DNA of 64,000 bases from a virus (taxonomy: Duplodnaviria; Caudoviricetes), in the IMG/VR virus record IMGVR_UViG_3300035498_000356, positions 32,001 through 96,000 of that record; one strand, written 5' to 3'. The translations under genes and the position numbers were made by a program. Each line of letters opens with the position of its first letter. Within the stretch, counting starts at the first letter, position 1. Positions 9,248 to 17,624 of the stretch are shown here, piece after piece. Under the pieces are notes generated by a model. The model had not been told where the DNA came from. It searched no databases and was given only the letters and a program-made list of their open reading frames with translations.

Positions 9248-9685
9248 ATGGAACTACTACTAGCTATTTGTATAGTGATTGCAGGTGCAATCATTATTGC
9301 AATGATGATTGAACGAGATCGTAAACAAAAGGAGCTTGAAGAAATTCAAGACTTCTATAAAACGATTGATGTGCACGTTGAGGCAACTAAACGTGCTACT
9401 ACCCTTGAAAGACTGTTTTACATACATAAGTCTGCATGGGCTGAGGGAATCAGAAATGATAACCTCGGTCCATGCATATATGGCATGTTCAGAACAGCAG
9501 ACATTAACGATATGACAAAAGATGAAGTTTATCTTGGCAATATCAACGGTTTATTTACACAGCCTTTAACATTCTGGGAATCACAGGATGATCAAGATGC
9601 ATATAAAACTGTTTTTAGACAGTATCAACTTCATCTACTTACAAATTTCAAAGCAGTTAAACTATCCAAATCTCAACAGAGTTAA
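9248..9685 (+). CDS. Membrane-anchored hypothetical protein
   Basis: N-terminal hydrophobic helix. Confidence 0.75.
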   Translation: MELLLAICIVIAGAIIIAMMIERDRKQKELEEIQDFYKTIDVHVEATKRATTLERLFYIHKSAWAEGIRNDNLGPCIYGMFRTADINDMTKDEVYLGNINGLFTQPLTFWESQDDQDAYKTVFRQYQLHLLTNFKAVKLSKSQQS

Positions 9686-9688
9686 AAA

Positions 9689-10027
9689 ATGAAAATATAC
9701 AAATATTGCAATAAAGTTTATATCAATGCCGAAGATGTAGATGCTAACAGAAATTCTGTATATCATACTATATTATGGCACGATATGACACTATTTCCTT
9801 TAGAGGAAATAGTTGAAAGCGTATTGAATTCATTCATATATAATAACAGTGTAAGTCTATGGCTTAATGGCTCTCTCAATATGAATGATATTAAAGCAAT
9901 CTGTAATGTCTTTGAAATAGGACAAGATCAGATTAAAATTGAAGCTACATCTATAGAAGATGATTTGGCAATAGGTTTAACTCTAGAAAATATCAGCTAC
10001 TCCGCAGTTGGCAGAAAAGGAGAATGA
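9689..10027 (+). CDS. Hypothetical protein (paralog family A)
   Basis: IYKYCNKVYI...LFPL. Confidence 0.7.
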   Translation: MKIYKYCNKVYINAEDVDANRNSVYHTILWHDMTLFPLEEIVESVLNSFIYNNSVSLWLNGSLNMNDIKAICNVFEIGQDQIKIEATSIEDDLAIGLTLENISYSAVGRKGE

Positions 10028-10272
10028 GTTGGGCAGAAGAACAACCTTGGTTTGGTACTGAAGATTTAGTGCTAGACCAAGAAGAAAGAGAGCAAGAGTT
10101 ATTAGAGAATCATCTTTGGGAAACCAGAGATGGTTCTCTATATAATATAAGAGACATGGAAACCACTCATATAAAGAACTGTATTAAGATGATATACAGG
10201 TCTAATGGTCAGTGGAGACACTCATACTTGCGACTTTTTGAATCCGAGTTAAGAAGAAGAAAATTCACATAA
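10024..10272 (+). CDS. Hypothetical protein (WETRDG...IRDMETTHIKN phage family)
   Basis: ORF track; ATGA overlap. Confidence 0.75.
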   Translation: MSWAEEQPWFGTEDLVLDQEEREQELLENHLWETRDGSLYNIRDMETTHIKNCIKMIYRSNGQWRHSYLRLFESELRRRKFT

Positions 10273-10284
10273 AATTATTTTAGT

Positions 10285-10482
10285 ATGTACACAGAAAAAG
10301 AAGTAAAAACAGCATTAGAGATTGTAGCTCTAATGACACCTCCTGTTTTATTGACAGAAGAGCAGTTTAAAGAAGAGTACAATTCTCTTTCAGAGAAGAT
10401 GCAAAAGCTTGTATCTGCTGTTCTAATGGCAAACAAAGCAACTCGTGATCTTAGAGACTTCATGGATTCACTTGCAGACTAA
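10285..10482 (+). CDS. Hypothetical protein
   Basis: ORF track. Confidence 0.65.
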   Translation: MYTEKEVKTALEIVALMTPPVLLTEEQFKEEYNSLSEKMQKLVSAVLMANKATRDLRDFMDSLAD

Positions 10483-10661
10483 ACATCTTGAAAACTTTTT
10501 AACACAGTGAAGTTTAGAAATATTTATAGCTGTATATTATTTTTTCTTAGCTTTTGAAGCGAATAATAGTAACTTCCCATAAAAACTAAGTGGAGTGACC
10601 ACGAAAGTGGTAATTAAATTACCTGGAATTAAATTAAATCCTATCCAGGAGGTAAATAATT

Positions 10662-10883
10662 ATGACACTAGGTCGTAATAGCATCATCGCAAAAATCATG
10701 GTCCCGAATGCAATTCAGTTTGAAGGTGAAGTCATTGTTCAATGTGACAAGCTTCATCGCATCTGCGATATGGAACCGCGCATTAATGACATCTTTAATC
10801 AGTTTAAAGGTCGTCAGCTAGACAGTATCAATGTCTATGAAGAACTTGAAGAAGAACTTAATGATTATTTTGTAAAGTTATGA
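10662..10883 (+). CDS. Hypothetical protein
   Basis: ORF track. Confidence 0.65.
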   Translation: MTLGRNSIIAKIMVPNAIQFEGEVIVQCDKLHRICDMEPRINDIFNQFKGRQLDSINVYEELEEELNDYFVKL

Positions 10884-11284
10884 ATAGACTTCCGATAGCT
10901 AGCAAACACATTGATGCGTTAAGAGACTGGATAGCCACGTATAAGAATGCAATTGTTACTACTGATCAAATCAGGAGCATTGCGATAATATGCGGCTTAC
11001 CTAAAAATTCAACGTTCATTAGCACTTTTACAAAAGCTCCATTTATTAAAAAAGTAGCTAGAGGTAAATACAAATTTGTCTCTGATGTTACTGAAGGAGC
11101 TTTAGATAATACTATTAAAGAATACGGATGTATTCTTAAGAAGTATGAATCTAATAAGGCTAGAAAGTTGTCTATTCCCAAACAAGAAATCTTAGTTGCG
11201 CCAACAATGCAACAGAAAGCACTTGAACAATTCGCAATTGACTTCTTAAATACACTTGGATATAGAATTTATAAAAAGTGTTAA
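10880..11284 (+). CDS. Hypothetical protein, possibly wHTH
   Basis: ORF track; IKKVARGKYKF wing-like motif. Confidence 0.65.
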   Translation: MNRLPIASKHIDALRDWIATYKNAIVTTDQIRSIAIICGLPKNSTFISTFTKAPFIKKVARGKYKFVSDVTEGALDNTIKEYGCILKKYESNKARKLSIPKQEILVAPTMQQKALEQFAIDFLNTLGYRIYKKC

Positions 11285-11287
11285 AAT

Positions 11288-11318
11288 TTTGAAGTTTAAG
11301 GAAAAAACCTTATATTTG
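11288..11318 (+). promoter_or_regulatory. Bacteroidetes promoter (TTTG-N19-TATATTTG) driving the RNA island
   Basis: Consensus match immediately upstream of the tRNA/ncRNA array. Confidence 0.75.
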
Positions 11319-11383
11319 TAATCGTAATAAAGGAATACGCACTGCAACATTATTAATTAGAGGAAAAATTAAAATGTATTCCT

Positions 11384-11455
11384 TCTCTTGTAGGATTAAA
11401 ATGGTAATCCGCTTAGTCATAAGAGATATGGGTTCGAATCCCATCAAGAGATCCA
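11384..11455 (+). ncRNA. tRNA-like RNA with truncated anticodon arm
   Basis: Acceptor TCTCTTG/CAAGAGA plus TCCA, D arm, T arm ATGGG-TTCGAAT-CCCAT; the anticodon arm is only CTTA-gtca-TAAG. Confidence 0.7.
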
Positions 11456-11566
11456 GTTCATGGCTGATTTGTTTAATTTATAAGTAGTTAGAAAGAGCCT
11501 TTCAATATAATAAAGGAGTTTTTAGATAAACTTAAATACATATAAGTATTTACTCTTTCTACTTTT

Positions 11567-11638
11567 ACTTCCGTAATTCAATGGATAGAATCTTTGACTT
11601 CTAATCAAATTATGGCAGTTCGAATCTGCCCGGAAGTA
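11567..11638 (+). tRNA. tRNA-Arg(TCT)
   Basis: Cloverleaf; TTTGA-CT-TCT-AA-TCAAA. Confidence 0.85.
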
Positions 11639-11850
11639 CAATATTTCTATAAGAATGCACGCAGTAATTTTTGCTCAAAAATATAACGAAGGATTTAATT
11701 GCATTCTTTAACTTTTTTCATATGTAATTTTATAAGGATACTTACAGCAAAAATTATTATATTAAATTATTATTGTTTTTTTGTCATATTGCTTTTTCCA
11801 TTTATAAGTATCCTTATTTAGGTTATTAATTTAGTTAGTAACCTAAAACT

Positions 11851-11925
11851 GGGGTTAGTGATGTAAATTGGTTAGCATATCATCTTTGCAAGATGAAAGT
11901 TAGGGTTCGAATCCCTCTATCTCCA
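11851..11925 (+). tRNA. tRNA-Ala(TGC)
   Basis: TCATC-TT-TGC-AA-GATGA; G3:U70 pair. Confidence 0.75.
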
Positions 11926-12044
11926 CAACGCTTTTGATAAAATCTGAATAATCATATTTCTGTGAAGAAATATATCAGATAAAAATTACGAGATTAATAT
12001 TTCATATGTATAAACTACTGGTCTGTGAAGATAGGTAGTTTTAT

Positions 12045-12155
12045 ATCTAAGTAGTTTAATTGGTAAAACATTGGTTAAAAAGTTTTTAGTTTACGTTGGG
12101 TATTTTATGATTATGTTATTTAACCAATATGTCAGTTCGATTCTGACCTTAGGTG
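12045..12155 (+). ncRNA. tRNA-like RNA with a 39-nt loop replacing the anticodon
   Basis: Acceptor ATCTAAG/CTTAGGT, D arm, 10-bp stem ATTGGTTAAA/TTTAACCAAT, T arm GTCAG-TTCGATT-CTGAC. Confidence 0.7.
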
Positions 12156-12330
12156 CAATTAGAATAATATTCTTATCTTTGCAACTAATAAAAAATAAAG
12201 ATTTACCTCCTTTCTGTATTTAAGTTAATAATTAGAAGTCTTTTAAACTTCTGGAATATTATTCTTGTCTTTATATAATTAGTATGCAAGATAAAACTAA
12301 GTAGCTGTCTGTGAAGATAGCTACTTATCT

Positions 12331-12398
12331 ATCTCTATAGTTCAATGGTAGAACAATAGTTTTTACTAGAAATGATAGTTCGAATCTATCTAGAGACA
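12331..12398 (+). ncRNA. tRNA-like RNA with truncated anticodon arm
   Basis: D arm TAGTTCAATGGTAGAAC, mini-arm TAGT-tttt-ACTA, T arm GATAG-TTCGAAT-CTATC. Confidence 0.65.
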
Positions 12399-12466
12399 CT
12401 ACTGAGTTTTTCATGATGTTTAGGTTAGATGCAAAAGCTACAGTTCGTGAGAATAGTAGCTTATAC

Positions 12467-12553
12467 ACTCCATTAACTCAATGGTAAGAGTCGGATCCTT
12501 ATAAGATCAAAGCCCTAGCAAGGTATAACCTGGGTCAGTACCAGGATGGAGTA
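12467..12553 (+). tRNA. Atypical tRNA-Ile(TAT) with long variable arm
   Basis: ACTCCAT/ATGGAGT acceptor; GATC-CT-TAT-AA-GATC; non-canonical T loop GTCAGTA. Confidence 0.6.
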
Positions 12554-12572
12554 CTAAAATTTTAAATTGATT

Positions 12573-12836
12573 ATGACTTTCAGAGAATTAGAATTCAATC
12601 CACATCGAGTGGACCCTACTGCCATACAAGCTAGAGCATATTTCCCTAATGGATATGAATTATCAATAATAGGAGGTGATAGTTTCTATGGAAATGGAAA
12701 AGATACATTTGAAGTAGCAATACTTAAAAATGGTCAACTATGTTATGATTCTCCACTCACAGATGATGTTTTAAAGTTTCAAACTCCTGAAGATATTGAT
12801 AATATTCTTCAAGAAGTAGAATCTTATCTTCCATAA
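12573..12836 (+). CDS. Hypothetical protein (FPNGYELSII...FEVAIL phage family)
   Basis: Track ORF 12567-12836, ATG start at 12573. Confidence 0.75.
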   Translation: MTFRELEFNPHRVDPTAIQARAYFPNGYELSIIGGDSFYGNGKDTFEVAILKNGQLCYDSPLTDDVLKFQTPEDIDNILQEVESYLP

Positions 12837-12847
12837 TGTTAGTAAAG

Positions 12848-12918
12848 ATTTAGGTAGTTTAATGGTTAGAACGCTTAATCGCATTTAAGAGATAGAAGTT
12901 CGAATCTTCTTCTAAATC
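12848..12918 (+). ncRNA. tRNA-like RNA with aberrant 6-nt anticodon loop
   Basis: ATTTAGG/TCTAAAT acceptor; CTTAA-tcgcat-TTAAG; shares the GCTTA...TAAGAGAT scaffold of the 11384 element. Confidence 0.65.
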
Positions 12919-12995
12919 CTATTTTTGTCATTTTTATAATTGGTTTTAATGGTTGGGTCTTTATAGTTTTCTTCCTTTAAAGAAAGCTATTGTTT

Positions 12996-13066
12996 TGGAA
13001 TATGGTGTAATGGTAGCACTACAGATTTTGATTCTGTCTGCCAAGGTTCGAATCCTTGTATTCCAA
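12996..13066 (+). tRNA. tRNA-Gln(TTG)
   Basis: ACAGA-TT-TTG-AT-TCTGT; canonical cloverleaf. Confidence 0.9.
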
Positions 13067-13084
13067 CTAAAAATATTTAAAGAT

Positions 13085-13279
13085 ATGGTAAAGTACATAC
13101 TTAAACAAGGCAATGCGGCATTTGTTAGATTGTCAACTAATGATGAGTATGTTATTACTCCTGTAGTTGATAATGCTACTTTATTTGACTATGTTGGAGA
13201 TGCAATGAAAGTTGCAGTATCCATCAATGATAGACTTAGATCTAATATTACACGATTTATTTCAATGAACGTCAAATAA
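13085..13279 (+). CDS. Hypothetical protein
   Basis: ATG after tRNA-Gln, in frame with track ORF 12953-13279. Confidence 0.6.
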   Translation: MVKYILKQGNAAFVRLSTNDEYVITPVVDNATLFDYVGDAMKVAVSINDRLRSNITRFISMNVK

Positions 13280-13441
13280 AAAATTTCTCAGCTCACACCT
13301 ATTGCTACAATGGTCGTTGACTTTTATAAAAGGGTTTTCAACAAGATAAATCTTTTTCAGGTAGGAACATACTGAATAATTGTTTCAGAGAAATTTATTT
13401 AAGATAGTTTGAGAGTTCTACTTAAATAAATTTCTCACAAT

Positions 13442-13514
13442 GCTCTCTTCTTCTAAGTGGTTAGGAATCCAGATTTTCATTCTGGCAATTCGGGTTCGAA
13501 TCCCGGAGAGAGTG
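13442..13514 (+). tRNA. tRNA-Glu(TTC)
   Basis: CCAGA-TT-TTC-AT-TCTGG. Confidence 0.88.
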
Positions 13515-13755
13515 CAAAATATTCAAATGTTTTATAGCTTCGCAGGTAAAGACAGAACAGCCTTGCCTATTCAATAATATAATTTGATTCGCGGTAGTAT
13601 AATTATTGAGAATAGCATTGATAGAAACGTCTATGTGCACAAAATATATCTATCAGGAATTTGTAATTACAAATGGCAGTAAGGCTATAAAACTTTATGA
13701 ATATGTAGGTCCATGCCCGATAACACTAGGAGTACCTGTAAAAGTATGGATATTC

Positions 13756-13828
13756 GTGCGTATTAGCTTAAATGGAAAGCGCCTCTTTCAGTAGGTATTT
13801 ATGCTGGTTCGAGTCCAGTCTACGCACC
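13756..13828 (+). ncRNA. tRNA-like RNA with 8-nt loop CTTTCAGT
   Basis: GTGCGTA/TACGCAC acceptor, D and T arms intact, anticodon arm irregular. Confidence 0.65.
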
Positions 13829-13836
13829 TAATATAT

Positions 13837-13909
13837 CGGAATGTATTTCAGTAGGTAGAATTCTTCATTTGGGATGAAGAGGTCGCACGTTCGAGTCGTG
13901 TCATTCCGA
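13837..13909 (+). tRNA. tRNA-Pro(TGG)
   Basis: CTTCA-TT-TGG-GA-TGAAG. Confidence 0.9.
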
Positions 13910-14200
13910 CTTATTTATTTAAAAAGATTACAGACTTTTTTCTAATATAGTTTTTTATTTTATTTAATTTCATTTTGTATGTCAACTTGAGGAATTAGTT
14001 TTAAACTAAGATGGGCAAAATACTGAATTAACAGTTGAAAGATTCTGTAGCTGTCAGGTGTAATTGGAATCAAATTAGGGTATGCTAAGACAGGCATTAT
14101 AGGAAGTTAATCTATTGTAAAAGGTGTGATTCCTTTGGGAATTAGTATGAATTACTAATTACTTTAAATTCTTTAGATTGAGTAAAGTTGACATATTTTT

Positions 14201-14286
14201 AGAGGATAAACCTTTTAGGAAAAGGAATTGTTTGCTAAACAAATTGTGCAATATTATTGCATATGGTTCGAGTCCATTGTCCTCTA
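14201..14286 (+). tRNA. tRNA-Ser(GCT)
   Basis: TTGT-TT-GCT-AA-ACAA; long variable arm TGCAAT/ATTGCA. Confidence 0.75.
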
Positions 14287-14302
14287 CTAATTTTTAATAA
14301 TT

Positions 14303-14581
14303 ATGGCAAAAGCATTTCAAAACGAAAAAGGATTCAAGGTTATTGAATTAAATACTGATGAATGTAGAGATCTTAGATGGGGAATCCCTGAAGGGATGGT
14401 ATGCATGCATTGCAATAATATTATTGAAGGTCCTGTATACTTTATTGTAGTTCTTAATGATGTTATGGATAAAAAATGTTATGATGAATACATGTCCACT
14501 GCTATTTATTATGAAGAAGATAAAGAATACGAAGATAGGAATTTTAAGTATTATTGTAAGCTTTTAAATTTGGCACTATAG
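14303..14581 (+). CDS. Hypothetical Cys-rich protein
   Basis: CMHC motif; ORF track. Confidence 0.7.
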   Translation: MAKAFQNEKGFKVIELNTDECRDLRWGIPEGMVCMHCNNIIEGPVYFIVVLNDVMDKKCYDEYMSTAIYYEEDKEYEDRNFKYYCKLLNLAL

Positions 14582-14620
14582 ATTTTATTTATAGTGCCTT
14601 TTATTTTTTTTTAATTAGTT

Positions 14621-14875
14621 ATGATAAATAAATTAAAACAAGACATTGAGGATGATTATATTTTCTTAGATTCTTTACTTAGTCAAGAAATTACATATAA
14701 GCCAAATACTATCTTGGATATTTATAATAAATATCCTGATGATATTAAAGAAATACTTATAAAATATTTATCAAAACATATTGAATATAATACTTTAAAG
14801 ATATTAAAATTAAAACTTGAGAAATCTGAACAAGGCGAACCTCTTTCAGATGAAGACTTAATAAAATGTATTTAA
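14621..14875 (+). CDS. Hypothetical protein
   Basis: ORF track. Confidence 0.65.
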   Translation: MINKLKQDIEDDYIFLDSLLSQEITYKPNTILDIYNKYPDDIKEILIKYLSKHIEYNTLKILKLKLEKSEQGEPLSDEDLIKCI

Positions 14876-14876
14876 T

Positions 14877-15203
14877 ATGGACACAATTACAAATGGAGAC
14901 TGTTTAGTAGAAATACTAAGAGACTGTTGGGAGGATAGGTATAAAAAAGAACATCCTTCTTTAAAGTTGGGTAGATTTAATTATGTTGTCGAAGATGGAA
15001 AATTAGATAGAATCTATTCTTTTTTATCAGATATAGGCGCTTATTTATTATGGGATAAGCAAAGGATAGAAGTTGATATAATTCCAGATGTAAAAGATTA
15101 TATTGAATATGAGGAGAAGTATATGCATCATGCATTAGATGTTGTTAACTCTTATATGCAAGATGAAATTAATCAGAATGAAGAAAATACACAAATTTCT
15201 TAA
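14877..15203 (+). CDS. Hypothetical protein
   Basis: ORF track. Confidence 0.7.
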   Translation: MDTITNGDCLVEILRDCWEDRYKKEHPSLKLGRFNYVVEDGKLDRIYSFLSDIGAYLLWDKQRIEVDIIPDVKDYIEYEEKYMHHALDVVNSYMQDEINQNEENTQIS

Positions 15204-15242
15204 AAACAGTCCACAGAAAGTTGAACTAAAACTGATAAAAGA

Positions 15243-15620
15243 ATGAACTTTGAATTATATACTTATGAAAAGAATGTATATATAAAAAGAGAATTTTTTA
15301 ATAAAGAAGTTAGTCCATTAATTAAATGTGTATTGTATAATGATGAAGTCCTTGTTCCACTTTGTTCATTATTTAGTAGACGTGATGTAGAAAAAGTCAT
15401 AATTAATGAAAAAGGACAAGTATGCTTTATAATACCACAAACAGTTAATAATGGATATATAAAACATGTTACAATTTCATTTATTAATGAACTTGCTTCT
15501 TTATTAGGACTTGACAATATTGATAATGTATCAATAGAATGTACAAATATCAATCCTTTTCATATATACATAATATTTCCTGAAGTTAAAACAATAGAAA
15601 TTAAACATGAGAACAATTAA
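15243..15620 (+). CDS. Hypothetical protein (paralog family A)
   Basis: LYTYEKNVYI...LVPL. Confidence 0.7.
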   Translation: MNFELYTYEKNVYIKREFFNKEVSPLIKCVLYNDEVLVPLCSLFSRRDVEKVIINEKGQVCFIIPQTVNNGYIKHVTISFINELASLLGLDNIDNVSIECTNINPFHIYIIFPEVKTIEIKHENN

Positions 15621-16011
15621 ATTCAGAGGTAAAATTGTAGGAACTGGAGAATGGACTTATGGAAATTTACTTATAGCTAATAATACATATAGTATTTTTG
15701 ATTCTGAATCATATGCCACACATGAAGTAATTCCAGAATCAGTTGGGCAATTCACTGAAGTATATGATTCTACTGGAGAAGAAATATATGAGGGTGATAT
15801 TGTAAAAACAACTCTAATATCTGATGAACCAAATACTGATTATCCAAAAGTTAGTAAAGTAAAATTTCATCCTTGGTATGGTTGGAGATTTGGAGCTGAT
15901 TATATTAGATATGGATTTCCTCTTGAAAATCCTAATCTTAAGCCTAAAGAAAGAGTTGAAGTTATAGGAAATATTTATGATAACCCTAACTTGTTAAAAA
16001 CAAAAAAATAA
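15607..16011 (+). CDS. YopX family protein
   Basis: IKFRGK...WTYG...VGQFT...EIYEGDIV...EVIGNIYDNP. Confidence 0.88.
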   Translation: MRTIKFRGKIVGTGEWTYGNLLIANNTYSIFDSESYATHEVIPESVGQFTEVYDSTGEEIYEGDIVKTTLISDEPNTDYPKVSKVKFHPWYGWRFGADYIRYGFPLENPNLKPKERVEVIGNIYDNPNLLKTKK

Positions 16012-16042
16012 TACTAGAAATTTCATAAATACTTATACCAAT

Positions 16043-16309
16043 ATGACAGACAAACAATTTACTAGAGCACTTGAATTGCGCAAGCAAATGGAAGAACTTC
16101 TAGATAGAGATATACAATTATCTGAATATCTTGAAATAATTGATGATACTAATGATATGACATCTCCGCAAATTATGGAAATAGTCATGAAAATGTTTGA
16201 TTTAAATCCAGAAGCAGCAAGAGATATGATGTATAAACTAATTCACAAGATAAGCGAATATACAATCGAGTACTACAATGTATTACGTAAAGAGTTTCAA
16301 AGTCTTTAA
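16043..16309 (+). CDS. Hypothetical protein
   Basis: ORF track. Confidence 0.7.
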   Translation: MTDKQFTRALELRKQMEELLDRDIQLSEYLEIIDDTNDMTSPQIMEIVMKMFDLNPEAARDMMYKLIHKISEYTIEYYNVLRKEFQSL

Positions 16310-16393
16310 ATATGTCAATGATTATTTTAATTATATTTGCAGGAATATTTTCAATATTATTTTGGTACATAATAAATAAAATAATTAATTTAG

Positions 16394-16708
16394 ATGAAAA
16401 CAAGGCTGTTAAAGAAACTTCGCAAGCAAGCGAAAAGAGCTATAATTGCTTGCGTCGATGTTTGGTTCGATAGAAAAATAATGTATACGATTACTTACTC
16501 TGGTAAGAGCAATGAAGGTTATGCCCTAAATGCCTTACGACAGTTTAATGCACCTCGTTCTACTAAGTATATTGAGTCTTTACCTGTTTTATATGAATGT
16601 CTATCAGATGTAAGGTGATTATATATTCTTGAATTAATTCAAGATATGCGTAGACAAAGGTTATATAAATTAGCGCAAAACGAAGCGAAAATAATATCTA
16701 AATTATGA
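16394..16708 (+). pseudogene. MKTRLLKKLR-family gene interrupted by an in-frame TGA (16616-16618)
   Basis: The frame continues 30 codons to a TGA that overlaps the next ATG; the paralog at 16705 has a comparable C-terminus. Confidence 0.55.
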
Positions 16709-17040
16709 AAACAGAACTACTAAAAGCACTCCGTGAGTTGGCTAATCTAAAAATTGACTACTCTACAAATAAACATACATATATCTTGTACAAATACACT
16801 TACAGCAGAGACTGTCATATGTATGGTAGAGATGCAGATGTGGAGCAATACTCTGACTATAAAGAATTCGATAAAGCAAGACGTATTTGCAGATGTGATT
16901 GTATTCTAAGGTTCGTACAACTTCTGAGAAATGCCATATCAACGCTCATGGATGCTGAAATACCGGAGTACATGGAGTACTCGGAACTTGCCATTATGTG
17001 GTATATTAAAAAAGCTAAAGAACGCGACAGTATAAATTAG
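16705..17040 (+). CDS. Hypothetical protein (MKTxLLKxLR family)
   Basis: Paralog of 16394. Confidence 0.7.
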   Translation: MKTELLKALRELANLKIDYSTNKHTYILYKYTYSRDCHMYGRDADVEQYSDYKEFDKARRICRCDCILRFVQLLRNAISTLMDAEIPEYMEYSELAIMWYIKKAKERDSIN

Positions 17041-17054
17041 AACATTTCCGACAA

Positions 17055-17270
17055 ATGTCAGAACAGAATAAATGCAAAACGTGCGACCATCACAAACGCA
17101 AGGTGCGGATGGGCGAGATAGTGAGCACTTGTACACTCCGTGCAACCAAGCGCAGCACTATCGATGATGAGATAACAGACCCCGACTCAGTGTGTGACCG
17201 ATACTCCCCCAAGCAGAGCAACATCGTACTCGGCTACAAAGGAGGACTCGGCACTATCAGCGAAGACTGA
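17055..17270 (+). CDS. Small Cys-rich protein
   Basis: CKTC...C...C; GC-richer than its neighbours. Confidence 0.65.
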   Translation: MSEQNKCKTCDHHKRKVRMGEIVSTCTLRATKRSTIDDEITDPDSVCDRYSPKQSNIVLGYKGGLGTISED

Positions 17271-17336
17271 AAAAGGGAAATAACAAGGTAAAATAGGGAA
17301 TTTTTCAAAAATTTCCCAATCTAAACAACAGATAAC

Positions 17337-17624
17337 ATGATAGGAAAGAAAGTAATTGTCCGTGGTGACAGAAGTGGTGTGTTTTTCGGCACATTGAGTG
17401 AGAGAAATGGTGGAGAAGTAGTACTGACTAACTGCCGTAGGTTGTGGTATTGGAATGGGGCGAATTCCATATCACAAATTGCTGTTGATGGAGTTGCAGA
17501 ACCCGAAGATTGCAACTTTACAGTAGCAGTAGAGTCTATATTAATACTTGATGCGATAGAGATTATTCCATGTACGGATAAAGCTATCAACTCAATTGAA
17601 GGAGTAAAAATATGGAAGTATTAA
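17337..17624 (+). CDS. DUF6948-like small phage protein
   Basis: KVIVRGDRSGVFFGTL...RRLWYWNGANSISQIA. Confidence 0.75.
   Translation: MIGKKVIVRGDRSGVFFGTLSERNGGEVVLTNCRRLWYWNGANSISQIAVDGVAEPEDCNFTVAVESILILDAIEIIPCTDKAINSIEGVKIWKY

Noticed and set aside
12953-13794. Track ORFs 12953 (N-terminal part) and 13606-13794
   Set aside because: They overlap tRNA-Gln and a tRNA-like/structured RNA.
13756-13828. Functional opal suppressor or Sec tRNA
   Set aside because: It has an 8-nt loop and an irregular stem, and TGA is used as a normal stop throughout the window.
13529-14195. RNase P RNA or tmRNA
   Set aside because: Only partial resemblances (GAGGAA, ACAGAA); no P4 helix, tRNA-like termini or tag ORF.
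11288-14286. CRISPR array
   Set aside because: The repeats are not identical or regularly spaced, and there are no cas genes in the window.
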